This document shows positions 39,513-49,301 of a stretch of 64,000 nt of DNA, piece by piece (position 1 is the first letter of the stretch; each line of letters opens with the position of its first letter). The DNA is taken from positions 1 through 64,000 of the forward strand of contig DAOORA010000010.1 of NCBI GenBank assembly GCA_035389045.1. Direction: 5' to 3'. Under the pieces are notes generated by a model that did no database searches, had not been told where the DNA came from, and saw only the letters and a list, made by a program, of their open reading frames with translations. The translations under genes and the position numbers were made by a program. The stretch is from Bacteroidales bacterium. GTDB lineage: Bacteria; Bacteroidota; Bacteroidia; Bacteroidales; CAIWKO01.

Positions 39513-40325
39513 TTACTGTATTGAGCTGATGCTGAAAACATCAAAACCATTTTCTTTGGCCAACTGCATAGCTGCCTGATTCTGCATGATATAAGTGCCT
39601 TGTACGTTAAAATCCCATACATGGGGAGTTTCGAACCAACTCTCCACATTCATCACCAGTTCAATGGTGCGCGTTTCATTTTTGGCAAGACTGAAGGATG
39701 AACCGGGCAAATCAACAGTAAAATAGTTTTGTACAAAACCAATTATTGAATCAATGCTGGTACCTGTTCCTGAGTAAATCTGTCCAATGCCAAGGTGAAA
39801 CTCGTAGGGCATGGTTTGTGATACGCCGTCACTCCACTTGCCGTTGAGTTTAAGATAGTGATAGCCGCCTCCGAGAAATTCGGGCCAGAACATATTGTTT
39901 TCCGGTGGGTTTACAAACATAAAAGACTGGTTTTTGGCTTGCGAAATGCCAAAAGTAAACGAAATGGAGTTGTAGGTTCCGGCGGGTATCGAATCCAGCA
40001 CATTCCAGGTACAGGTCGAAGGCAGGTCGGTGTCAACATAATGTATGTCGTCCCAGGCTTTTATCATAAAGTTGCTTCCGTCAGCGTTGTGCAGCGTGAC
40101 ATCAGAAATAAAATACTGTATTTCGTTCACCATGTAATGGTTGCCGGCGGCATTGACGTATTTTAAAGTATCCACCTCAACAGACTGGCCGTCAACTTTG
40201 TGGGCAAACTTCAACACAATTTTTCCTGTATTTTTATCTTCCGGTATTGGTTTTTCTTTTTTACATGCTGAAAATAAAACCACAATAATAAATAAGGCCA
40301 CAGGGATTAAAAATGTTTTTTTCAT
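39513..40325 (-). CDS. mbnP: MbnP family copper-binding lipoprotein
   Basis: Lipobox FSAC, QYFISDV, PAGTY..ISFTFGI, MFW..GGYHYLKLNG, FHLG; clustered with MbnH and a TonB receptor. Confidence 0.8.
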   Translation of the reverse strand: MKKTFLIPVALFIIVVLFSACKKEKPIPEDKNTGKIVLKFAHKVDGQSVEVDTLKYVNAAGNHYMVNEIQYFISDVTLHNADGSNFMIKAWDDIHYVDTDLPSTCTWNVLDSIPAGTYNSISFTFGISQAKNQSFMFVNPPENNMFWPEFLGGGYHYLKLNGKWSDGVSQTMPYEFHLGIGQIYSGTGTSIDSIIGFVQNYFTVDLPGSSFSLAKNETRTIELVMNVESWFETPHVWDFNVQGTYIMQNQAAMQLAKENGFDVFSISSIQ

Positions 40326-40340
40326 GCGTATTATTTGATT

Positions 40341-40706
40341 TTAATAGGGTATAGTTCCCGAAACGGTTAACGGTTTTGTATTGTCATCCGTGCGGGAGGC
40401 TTCTTTGTAAACTCTATCATCCACAAAGATAGTCGCTTTGACGAACGATAAGGTGGCCGTGTCCCTGACCGAAATATAAACAATATCGCCGGCATCAGCC
40501 CAATATGTTTTGATAATTTTCTTTTCACTGGCGCTCTGGGTTGGAATATATTCGGTTTGCAGGGTTCCTGTTTCGTCAAGATAGGAAGCGGTGAATCCCT
40601 GCTGTGAGTTGGTCACATAATAGGTTACCTTGTGGGCATTTTTCTTTTCACATCCCGAAAGAATTATCAGGGTAACAAGGCTTATGAGGATGAAAATATT
40701 TTTCAT
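40341..40706 (-). CDS. Hypothetical lipoprotein (Ig-like)
   Basis: Lipobox LSGC, VTYYVT beta-rich body; inside the operon. Confidence 0.65.
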   Translation of the reverse strand: MKNIFILISLVTLIILSGCEKKNAHKVTYYVTNSQQGFTASYLDETGTLQTEYIPTQSASEKKIIKTYWADAGDIVYISVRDTATLSFVKATIFVDDRVYKEASRTDDNTKPLTVSGTIPY

Positions 40707-40718
40707 GGTTTATAAGTG

Positions 40719-42869
40719 TTAAATGTTGAAACATAAATTGATATAAAACACGCGTCCAGGTTCATACAACTTGGTTGGCAAGCCTAACATCTTGCGGTTC
40801 AGGTGTTCGTAATACGCCTTGTCGAACAGGTTATTCACCCCTCCACTGACACGTATATGGTCATTATATGTATAGCTGATGCCCATGTCAAACAGTGCGA
40901 AGCCTGGCGTAGATGGCTCGTAAAAGGCCTTCGACACATACCCTTGGTCCAGTACGATACGGGCACCTATTTTGGGGATGAGTTTTTTCTTAAAAAACTT
41001 ATAACTAATATTTATGTTGGCTTCCAGCGGAGGTATCTCGGATATGGCGTCTTTTTTCAGGACTTCTTCTCCCACCACCTGCTGGCTGATTACCCGGGTA
41101 GGGTCGAGGATTTGTTTGGTTACATCATAAATGGTGGCATGAGTATAGGCTACCGTCACATGTGCACCCAGTTTGTATGTTTCGGGCAGAGTATAACCAA
41201 ACTCAAAGCCCGTGAAAGAGGCATGTCCGGCATTATAAAACTCTTTAACTCCCAAAACGTTCATACTCAGTGGCTTTTGTAATGATGGCGGGATCAGCCG
41301 GCCGGTAATGTAATTCTGTACCAGCGAATAAAAAACATTAAATTCTGCTGCTCCATATTTTTCGTGTTGGAATTTTAGTGACAGGTCTGCTTCATTGTTA
41401 TTTTCCGGTTTGAGTTTGGGATTGCCGAAATAGTCATAATTATCATAACCTACAGGCAGTAAAATGATGAAGCGTTCAACCATATTCGGACTGCGTGTGC
41501 CGCGGCCTATGCATAATCCCAGGGAAAAGTGCCTGCCCAGTTGTTTGGTAGCGCCCACATTGAAGCTGAAGTTGACAAAGCTGCTTTTGGTGTCTTCATT
41601 GGATAACAGTACCGGAGTTATTCCGCCTGATGGCATGCCAAGAACTTCTATTTTCTCTGAATTGGCCGAGTTTATATCCAGTCGTACCGCACCTATCAGG
41701 TCGAAGGTGCCTAATGCAGTTTTAAATTCGCTGATGATCCCGATATTTTGTATGCGGGCTTTATTCCACAATGCTTCAATTTTTTGAGGGATCTTGCCGT
41801 TTACGGGAGGTTGCATTATCAACGTCTTGGTGCGGTCGCCGTCTTTAGTAATATATTGATAATCAGCTCCAAAAAACAAAAAATACTGATCTTTGAATTT
41901 CAGGTTTACGCCCGTGCGCATACCCAGGGTATTAGCATCAACATCCGAAACAGCAACCATATTGGTGTCGGCATTGGCCCTGGATTTGTTATCCATGATG
42001 TGATTTACCATGGCATAGTTCGCTTTGAAGTAAGCCCCGCTGAATATTCCCTGATGTTGGCTTGTGCTATAGGTCAGGCCCATGATGTTTGAATTATCTT
42101 CACGTTCGTCCATGGGCAGGGCAGGAAAATAAACGTTTTTATGCAGTGTTCCCTGGTAGAAAAGGCTGAAATTGTGTTTTTCAGCAGGGGAGAAGCCAAC
42201 TTTTCCGCTGTAACTGTATTTCAGAAATGAGGATTTATAGATGTTGTCGTTTCCGTCGTCGTAATTTCCGTATTGCATGCGGTTTCCGGTGAGCAGAAAA
42301 TTGATTTTTTTTGTGCCGCCTGTAACCGCCAGGTGTTCTTTGTTGCCGTTCCAGTTTGATTCATAGCCTGTGGATATCCGGGAGTGGATCTCGAAATTTT
42401 CACCGAATTTAGGCTGGTAGGTCGATAAGTTTATTACCCCGCCAAACGACGGACCATAACGTAAGGCATAAGGTCCTTTGATGATTTCTATTTGTTCCAC
42501 ATCATCAATATCGATATGCGAAGTGGTGGGATCCATGCGGTTAGGACAGCCTCCTTCAATTTCTATGGCTCCGTTTATCAGTGTCATTAGCTGGCTGTAT
42601 TTAAAGCCGCGCACCACCGGGTCGATGTTTGCCCCGCCCTTTCGCAACCCGGATACGTTAGGGATATTGCGTAAAGCATCACCCACATCGCGCAGCATAT
42701 TTTCTTCCATTTCGGATTTTACAACAACATTCCTGATAAAAGGGATTCGCTTTGTCGCGTATTCGGTAATTTCAACAGTTTCAAGGAATATCGTGTCCCT
42801 GGTTTCCTGCGCTACAGCAAAGGATGCCATTGTGATAAACAGAATAAAAAAGACAGATCGGATTTTCAT
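40719..42869 (-). CDS. TonB-dependent receptor, OprC/NosA-like copper transporter
   Basis: Plug DPVVRG, GGCPNRMDP (CxxxM copper motif), KGPYALRYG, NNLFDKAYYEHL, EPGRVF. Confidence 0.88.
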   Translation of the reverse strand: MKIRSVFFILFITMASFAVAQETRDTIFLETVEITEYATKRIPFIRNVVVKSEMEENMLRDVGDALRNIPNVSGLRKGGANIDPVVRGFKYSQLMTLINGAIEIEGGCPNRMDPTTSHIDIDDVEQIEIIKGPYALRYGPSFGGVINLSTYQPKFGENFEIHSRISTGYESNWNGNKEHLAVTGGTKKINFLLTGNRMQYGNYDDGNDNIYKSSFLKYSYSGKVGFSPAEKHNFSLFYQGTLHKNVYFPALPMDEREDNSNIMGLTYSTSQHQGIFSGAYFKANYAMVNHIMDNKSRANADTNMVAVSDVDANTLGMRTGVNLKFKDQYFLFFGADYQYITKDGDRTKTLIMQPPVNGKIPQKIEALWNKARIQNIGIISEFKTALGTFDLIGAVRLDINSANSEKIEVLGMPSGGITPVLLSNEDTKSSFVNFSFNVGATKQLGRHFSLGLCIGRGTRSPNMVERFIILLPVGYDNYDYFGNPKLKPENNNEADLSLKFQHEKYGAAEFNVFYSLVQNYITGRLIPPSLQKPLSMNVLGVKEFYNAGHASFTGFEFGYTLPETYKLGAHVTVAYTHATIYDVTKQILDPTRVISQQVVGEEVLKKDAISEIPPLEANINISYKFFKKKLIPKIGARIVLDQGYVSKAFYEPSTPGFALFDMGISYTYNDHIRVSGGVNNLFDKAYYEHLNRKMLGLPTKLYEPGRVFYINLCFNI

Positions 42870-42906
42870 GAAATATAGTTTTTGGTTCGTAATTTATTGT
42901 TTAATA

Positions 42907-44085
42907 TTATTGTGGCAGGCTGGCCGGAGGTCCGTAGTCCGGATTGGTCAGCAGGGTTTCATCGGTCAATGTCAGGAGAAAAGCTTTCAGGTCTGCTTTT
43001 TCCTGAACGGTCAGTTGTGCACCGTTTTCACCTATATGGTGCATCAGCGGGTTGATATTAGGTGACCATATCAGGTGATGGCTGTAAAATTCAATAACTT
43101 CATCCAGGGTGGCATACCGTCCGTCGTGCATATAGGGGCCTGTCAGCTCAATGTTGCGAAGGGTAGGCGCTTTGTATGCCCCATGGTCCATGGGATCGCC
43201 CGTCACCGAATACCTGTCGCGCGGATCGTCAAAAACAGAATCGCCGCCATTGTTGTAAAAAAGATTGGTGGTAAACAGCGGATTGCCATCCCCGCCGTGG
43301 CAGTGAAAACAATCGGCGCCTTCTTCGGTAACAAAAAGCACAAAACCATTGAGTTCCGATGGCGTCAGCGATCCATCACCCCTGAGCCACCGGTCACATT
43401 TTGAATTATAGGAAACGATGCTGCGGATAAACTGTGATACGGCTTTTGCCATACGTTCAAAAGTTATTTCTTCGGTGCCAAAGGCTTTTTTAAAGAGTGG
43501 CTTATATCCCGGGATGCTGCTAATCAAAGCTTTGGATTTATTGGTGTCATTAAACATTTCGTGAGCAGCATGCACACCCATCCAGCACAGGTCTTCGAGG
43601 CGCCTTCTTGATGTATTTGGGTTGCTGGAATGTATGATGCCGTTCCATAAATATCCGTTTGAATTATATACAAGGTTGAAAAGCGGCAACATAACATGAG
43701 GAGTGGGGACTCCTGTTATGCCATGGGTGAAGCCTCCCGGATAATCAGGATGGTTTATGCCACATTCAAAAGCATTTTCCTGAAGGTGACATGTTGCACA
43801 AGTCATCAGTGAGTCTGGATGAGACCGCCCTCCAAAACGGCCGTCATAAAAAAGGTAGCGGCCCAGTTCAACACCTTCCACCGTCATGGGGTTGTCGGCA
43901 GGAATATTCATGGTGGTGGGAAAGTACCATGGCCGGGTGATGGTGTATGGTGCAGGGTTATATCCTTCATCTTTAGGTTCGGGGAGCGGGTCGGTTTTTT
44001 TACAGGAAAACATTAAAAAATAAACGGACAACAAAAAAATTGCAGTTAATATGATCCAAATCTTATTTTGTATGAAATTTTTCAT
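42907..44085 (-). CDS. mbnH: MbnH-like di-heme cytochrome c peroxidase family lipoprotein
   Basis: PADNPMT..GVELGRYLFYD, heme motifs CATCH and CFHCH, KAPTLRNIELTGPYMHDG. Confidence 0.85.
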   Translation of the reverse strand: MKNFIQNKIWIILTAIFLLSVYFLMFSCKKTDPLPEPKDEGYNPAPYTITRPWYFPTTMNIPADNPMTVEGVELGRYLFYDGRFGGRSHPDSLMTCATCHLQENAFECGINHPDYPGGFTHGITGVPTPHVMLPLFNLVYNSNGYLWNGIIHSSNPNTSRRRLEDLCWMGVHAAHEMFNDTNKSKALISSIPGYKPLFKKAFGTEEITFERMAKAVSQFIRSIVSYNSKCDRWLRGDGSLTPSELNGFVLFVTEEGADCFHCHGGDGNPLFTTNLFYNNGGDSVFDDPRDRYSVTGDPMDHGAYKAPTLRNIELTGPYMHDGRYATLDEVIEFYSHHLIWSPNINPLMHHIGENGAQLTVQEKADLKAFLLTLTDETLLTNPDYGPPASLPQ

Positions 44086-44235
44086 TTTTATCACCTATGA
44101 AAAACTTTTCAATCTTTTTCCTGAATACAAAATTAATAAAATAAGCTTATTAAACAAAAGGCTTTGAGGAAAAGCATTTTGTTATCACGGAAAACGAATT
44201 GAATTGCCGGATTGTAAGGTTTGGGGTGTTTTTAG

Positions 44236-46053
44236 TTAATACCTTACTGTAATTTGCTGCTCATTCACGGCATCAAATATTATGAAGTTTGTGTGATCTT
44301 TTTCAACAATTCTGGCCCTGCCTGTCCGTGCTTCTGCTGAAGAAGGCTTTTTAACGGCAGCCACAGCCATATTTTTGAGGCTTATACCATCGGGAGCCTT
44401 GACTGTTATCGTGGCCGTTTCGCCATTATCATTTATGAAAAACCGGGTTTGTCCGAGTTTTTCCCAGTAATCTGCCACGGATTCAATGGTGGTGATCCAG
44501 GTGTTGTCCAATTTTACTTTGCTCACTAAGCGAATCAAAGGAACCATGGTGGAATCGTTATAGCCGACATACATGGGGTGTCCCAGGTAAACCATCAGGC
44601 CGTTGTAAGGCTTTATGGCATATTCCCAGGTGTTCATCAGGTACTGCTCATAAAGTTTAGAATCTTTTTCAATGTTATCTTCAGAATAGTTGCCGGCAAG
44701 AACCTTTTTGTAGAAAAAATAATCGTCATTTAATATAGGTGATATCTCAAGCATACCGGTATACTTGTATAGTCCGTTTGCTGAAATGCAGATGTTGTAA
44801 GGGAAAACGCAGCCATAAATAGTTTCCAGGTTATCAACCCCTATGCTTGAATCGAAGCGGTATTTCCGCCCCGATAAACACTCAAATCCGGGGTAGCTGC
44901 TTTTGGTAAAAGGAAATCTGAAACCGGAAAAACCTCTGTTCCAGAAAATCTCATTGGAAATGACATTTTTGTTTATCTCATAATACTGTGCCGTTTGATG
45001 GTTGAGTTTCGTAAAACCGTTGGATTGTAATGAATACTCGGTTAAGAAATTCCTGACGTTGCTGTCGGGTTGTTCGTTAACAAATATTGTCGGAATGATA
45101 TTTTCATTATTAAAAAAGCCGGTTACTCTTTTGTATTCACTTACGTTGCCCGACGAATTCAGTGTAGCGCAGAATGCATACCTGTGTGCATCAGGCCATA
45201 TATTTAAACGAAAAGAACAATGGTTGATCCTGTAAAATGCGGCCAATACATATTGATAAAACTCCCGTATCTGTGCGGCTCCCCAGTATCCGCCTGCGTT
45301 GGCCGGATGAAGCAGGTATGAGGTCGGCAGTAAAAAAGTCATGCCTTTGTAATATCTGTTCTGCATTAGTGCCGGGATGCTGTCATCAGCGCTGATCCAG
45401 TTTGCAAGCACGTTCAGGCTGTCTGAAACTATGGTATCCGTTACGAGTATCCAGATATCTTCTTTAAACTCAGGAATAAAATTTCCTTTCAGGTCTTCCG
45501 ATATATATCCGTCACTTCGGTAACCTTTCATATCCTTTTCTACCAGCGACACTCCGAAACATTCGCCCAGCGCCCAGTTGCCCGGTGTTATCATCCCGTA
45601 TAAACTGGTCCTGTCGGTAGCATCCGGAAAGTTTCGGCCTATATTATCGCCAGCCACCAGCACCCCGCCGTTTTTTACCCAGTCGCGTATGGTTTTCAGT
45701 TCATCATCAGACATATAGGTCAGTGAATATTTCCGGTCGGCATCATGGTAACCTGCAGCTGTGGATAATATCATAATATTGTACTGGCTGAGTTCTTTGG
45801 GATTCAATAATATATCCCTTGATTTCATTGTGACAAAGGCGCCGAGCTGATTGAAAGTCTGCGCTGCTATAATCACTCCTTCGGGAAGGACACCATTGCC
45901 GGCATTGGAGCCTGTGGTGACGATCAGCACCCGTGGCAGCATATAACCTTCCTCTGTTGTTTGGTGCGCTTCCTTTTGTGCCTGTCTGTCCCGGCAGGAT
46001 GACAGTATGGTGATGGAAATGAGGAAGAATAAAATAAATCTTAATATTTTCAT
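44236..46053 (-). CDS. Lipoprotein with GATase-like domain and degenerate polysaccharide-deacetylase-like domain
   Basis: Lipobox LSSC, WVKNGGVLV, IWPDAH, GFRFP, FDSS, LGHP, WITT; canonical DD metal ligands not evident. Confidence 0.55.
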   Translation of the reverse strand: MKILRFILFFLISITILSSCRDRQAQKEAHQTTEEGYMLPRVLIVTTGSNAGNGVLPEGVIIAAQTFNQLGAFVTMKSRDILLNPKELSQYNIMILSTAAGYHDADRKYSLTYMSDDELKTIRDWVKNGGVLVAGDNIGRNFPDATDRTSLYGMITPGNWALGECFGVSLVEKDMKGYRSDGYISEDLKGNFIPEFKEDIWILVTDTIVSDSLNVLANWISADDSIPALMQNRYYKGMTFLLPTSYLLHPANAGGYWGAAQIREFYQYVLAAFYRINHCSFRLNIWPDAHRYAFCATLNSSGNVSEYKRVTGFFNNENIIPTIFVNEQPDSNVRNFLTEYSLQSNGFTKLNHQTAQYYEINKNVISNEIFWNRGFSGFRFPFTKSSYPGFECLSGRKYRFDSSIGVDNLETIYGCVFPYNICISANGLYKYTGMLEISPILNDDYFFYKKVLAGNYSEDNIEKDSKLYEQYLMNTWEYAIKPYNGLMVYLGHPMYVGYNDSTMVPLIRLVSKVKLDNTWITTIESVADYWEKLGQTRFFINDNGETATITVKAPDGISLKNMAVAAVKKPSSAEARTGRARIVEKDHTNFIIFDAVNEQQITVRY

Positions 46054-49000
46054 TAATCTAAAATTTCAATGGTTACATCCTGATTCGGATATACGTTAAA
46101 AAATAACTTATTTTCTCTGGCGTTGTAAATACCATCGGAGGCACAGTTGGTTATCCTGAATTTCTTATAGGGTGTCGAGGCCTGTATGGTCATGGGATGA
46201 TTGTAAATATCCGGGTCTAAATTTACTTCAGCACGCAGAAATATGGTGTTTTTATTAAGGGTGGTTTTTATCACGGCTTTGGTTCTTTCTATGATGTATT
46301 TTCCTATAGCAGAAACCGGTGCGATCCAGTACCCTGAATTTCTGACTATTCGTATTTGTTTTACGAAATCTTCAGGCGTGACCGTATAGGTATTGACCAC
46401 ATGGTGGGCCTCATACAATTTATATTCTTTGGCCACCTTGGGAAAAATATGATGATATAATAGCACCGTCCATAAACCTTTGTTTTGGTTAACAATGGAA
46501 TCCAGTTCAGCTATGCCGGGTTCCTGTGAATTTAAAAAAACTATGCTGTTCAGGTTCATTAAGTTAGCAACATTATTAGGTACCGATGTTTCGTTACCGG
46601 TCCTGCCAAAAAGAAAACCGGCATTTTGCGCTGCCTTTATAACTTTTGGCGGCGAATTAGAATACGTATAATGTATGACGGGGATTTTAATGCCAAGCTT
46701 TGCTTCGAGGCTTTTTTTGGCATCCTGAAATTCCTTAGTGATCTGCTCCAGGGACAACAGCTCATATCTGATATGTTCGTTTCCATGGAAAGAAATTTCG
46801 TGGCCTTCGTAAATGATATCATGAACCTGCCTGAATCCGAGCCTTTTAATAGAGAAACTGCCTTCTTCGGCGATAAGCGAAGGTATTTCGCTCAGCCAGG
46901 CCCTGACCAGTCCAAAGTTTGCCTTTATATTGTATTTGCCCAGCACAGGCAATGCATACTCATACTGGTTGTAATCGGCATCATCAAATGTAATGGAAAT
47001 AGCTCCGGGCATGTTATTATAATAATCACAAACCGAGAATGTAGTGGGGGAATCTGAATTCATCCCGTCTGTATCTGCCGGAACCTCCATTTTGGCGAAT
47101 AACACGGCCAAAGTATCGTAGAGTGGTTTTAACCGGACTGTATATGCCGGCATTTCCCATTTTTTCCAATGGAAATGGTTGGGCTTTAACGTAGGTTCTT
47201 TGTCGGTTAAGTTGCCTTTTTTATCTGTGGTATAGTAAAAAATATTAAATCCGGATGTTTCCGAACTTTCGATGGCCCCGGTATTATCAACATCGTCGAG
47301 TACAGATCGTGAAGAGGGGTCGCTGACATGGAGCAAAAGCCAGGGCAGACGCAGTTCGATCACCCCGGTTTTTTTATCCATATACCAGTCGGCATTGGAT
47401 TGTGCCGCTATACTGCTGTTGCCGTAATGCAGGATGCCCTGGTTAAAACACACGGAATCGATTTTTTCTCCTGTAATAGTTTCTTTGCCTCTGTTGGCAA
47501 GCAGGAGCTGTTCAACGAACAGGCCGTTGTTGTTGTTCTTTGACGCATAAACGGGGACGATGTTTTTTACCACATCCGTGTATAAGGAATATTGATCGTC
47601 AACCAGAATATTCGCATTGGCAGCAGATTCGATTTTTAACAGAAACTCAATACCATAATCAATTTCCTTACTGATGTAAGGAAGCCGGTGATCACCTTTT
47701 TTCTTGTCGTAGGTATCAAAAGCGATGTAAAGATTCTGACGGTCAAGGTTTGTTTCTGGCAGGCGCAGGGCGAGATAGAAATAAGAAGCATCGGCATCCG
47801 CCCGGATGAATTTTTTATTCCCCTGAGGAATATCTTTCCAGTCGTTGAGTTTTCCGTCAATGGTCTTTGTGCGGCTTTCAACAGCCAGTATTCCATAATT
47901 CTGTTCTGGATTTTCCATGTTATGCCAAAGTTTGCGGCGTTCGGCAGGCTGCTGAAAATCCATGACCAGCCAGTTGTGTTTGTACCACTCATCAATCCAT
48001 TCAAAGTAAAGGCCTCCGGCACATTTCGACTCGTGAATATCGGTAGCCAGCACAGCGGATAATTCCGCCTGGGCAAGTTCGCTGTGCCCGCCCTGATGAT
48101 ACCCCAGGGTGCTGAAGTGACTATTGCCCCTGCTTGACGGAAGTCCGTACTCGGCGATCAGCAGTGGGATACCTGCGTTCCTGCTTTTCAGATCGTGTAA
48201 ATAACCCAGAAAATTATCATCCTGGCCACGGCTGTTTTTGGTATTCCTGTATTTTTCTTCCAGGTAGATATAGTCGGGATAATAGGGATAAACATGATAT
48301 GAAGCGAAGATGCCCGGTACGAACCAGTCTGTGGTGTTGAATTTTGTAAAATCGATGCTGACAAGGTCGTTATCGTATTCCCTGATCTTTTCATTGTCGA
48401 TAAACTCTGAGTTATGATACATTGGGTCCAGGGGAAGCCAGTTGACAAAGGACATGGGATGCTGCATCAGGTATGTTTGTGTTTCATAATGCACGGTATA
48501 GTCCATCATTTTGGCCAGCCAGACTTCCATAGCCGAACCTTCGTTTATGGTGATGAAGTTTCCGGTATATTTTGTGGCGGTTTTATTCATATTATCGGTG
48601 AACATGACGGATTTGGGTTCCCATTCCCTGCCGATCAGGTACCCGATCAGATAATCAGAAACGCTGACTGCATAGGTTCCGCCGGCATGTCCGGGTCGGG
48701 GTTTGATATAGGCGTTGCCGTTCACCACATCCACAGCTTTTCTGATTTCCTTCTGGAATGTTTTTGTAAAGTCTGCATCAAAATAATTCCTGTTGCGGGG
48801 CTCTTCAGCCCAGACACCCTGCAGCAGGTAAAGGCATCTGTTTTGGTGGTTGAAGTTATAATAAGCCAATGCGGCATAGAACTCCGGGGGCAGGATGGTG
48901 TATATACGAATAACGTTGGAATTCATCTCACCGATCATCCTGAACCATTCCAGGTAATCGTTAAAAGTCATTGAAAACTCCACCGGAAAATAACCCGGCA

Positions 49001-49301
49001 TAGCAACCCCGATGTTTACACCTTTCAGGTATATGTTGTTCCAGATGTTTTTCTTACTCCCGTCAATTATTGCAGGCTGCCGGATCTTAAAATAATCACC
49101 GGATGCCATTGAATAATAATTTACCCTGTTGCAGATATCGGCCAGTTCTTCTTTTGACAGCAGTTCAACAGGCTGTTCTGTATCAACCTCAGGCACAGCC
49201 GATTCTTTTTTGTTCCGTAAATTCTCCACCCTCAGCATCTGATACACCAGGAAGCCAAGAATTACGATCAGAGCAAGTATTATTAAGTACTTTGCTTTCA
49301 T
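46053..49301 (-). CDS. Clan GH-A-like TIM-barrel glycoside hydrolase fused to a C-terminal CE4 deacetylase
   Basis: LKGVNIG, NVIRIYT, IGREWEP, YHVYPYYP, IAEYGLP; C-terminal ISITFDD and HEISFHGNEH. Confidence 0.72.
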   Translation of the reverse strand: MKAKYLIILALIVILGFLVYQMLRVENLRNKKESAVPEVDTEQPVELLSKEELADICNRVNYYSMASGDYFKIRQPAIIDGSKKNIWNNIYLKGVNIGVAMPGYFPVEFSMTFNDYLEWFRMIGEMNSNVIRIYTILPPEFYAALAYYNFNHQNRCLYLLQGVWAEEPRNRNYFDADFTKTFQKEIRKAVDVVNGNAYIKPRPGHAGGTYAVSVSDYLIGYLIGREWEPKSVMFTDNMNKTATKYTGNFITINEGSAMEVWLAKMMDYTVHYETQTYLMQHPMSFVNWLPLDPMYHNSEFIDNEKIREYDNDLVSIDFTKFNTTDWFVPGIFASYHVYPYYPDYIYLEEKYRNTKNSRGQDDNFLGYLHDLKSRNAGIPLLIAEYGLPSSRGNSHFSTLGYHQGGHSELAQAELSAVLATDIHESKCAGGLYFEWIDEWYKHNWLVMDFQQPAERRKLWHNMENPEQNYGILAVESRTKTIDGKLNDWKDIPQGNKKFIRADADASYFYLALRLPETNLDRQNLYIAFDTYDKKKGDHRLPYISKEIDYGIEFLLKIESAANANILVDDQYSLYTDVVKNIVPVYASKNNNNGLFVEQLLLANRGKETITGEKIDSVCFNQGILHYGNSSIAAQSNADWYMDKKTGVIELRLPWLLLHVSDPSSRSVLDDVDNTGAIESSETSGFNIFYYTTDKKGNLTDKEPTLKPNHFHWKKWEMPAYTVRLKPLYDTLAVLFAKMEVPADTDGMNSDSPTTFSVCDYYNNMPGAISITFDDADYNQYEYALPVLGKYNIKANFGLVRAWLSEIPSLIAEEGSFSIKRLGFRQVHDIIYEGHEISFHGNEHIRYELLSLEQITKEFQDAKKSLEAKLGIKIPVIHYTYSNSPPKVIKAAQNAGFLFGRTGNETSVPNNVANLMNLNSIVFLNSQEPGIAELDSIVNQNKGLWTVLLYHHIFPKVAKEYKLYEAHHVVNTYTVTPEDFVKQIRIVRNSGYWIAPVSAIGKYIIERTKAVIKTTLNKNTIFLRAEVNLDPDIYNHPMTIQASTPYKKFRITNCASDGIYNARENKLFFNVYPNQDVTIEILD

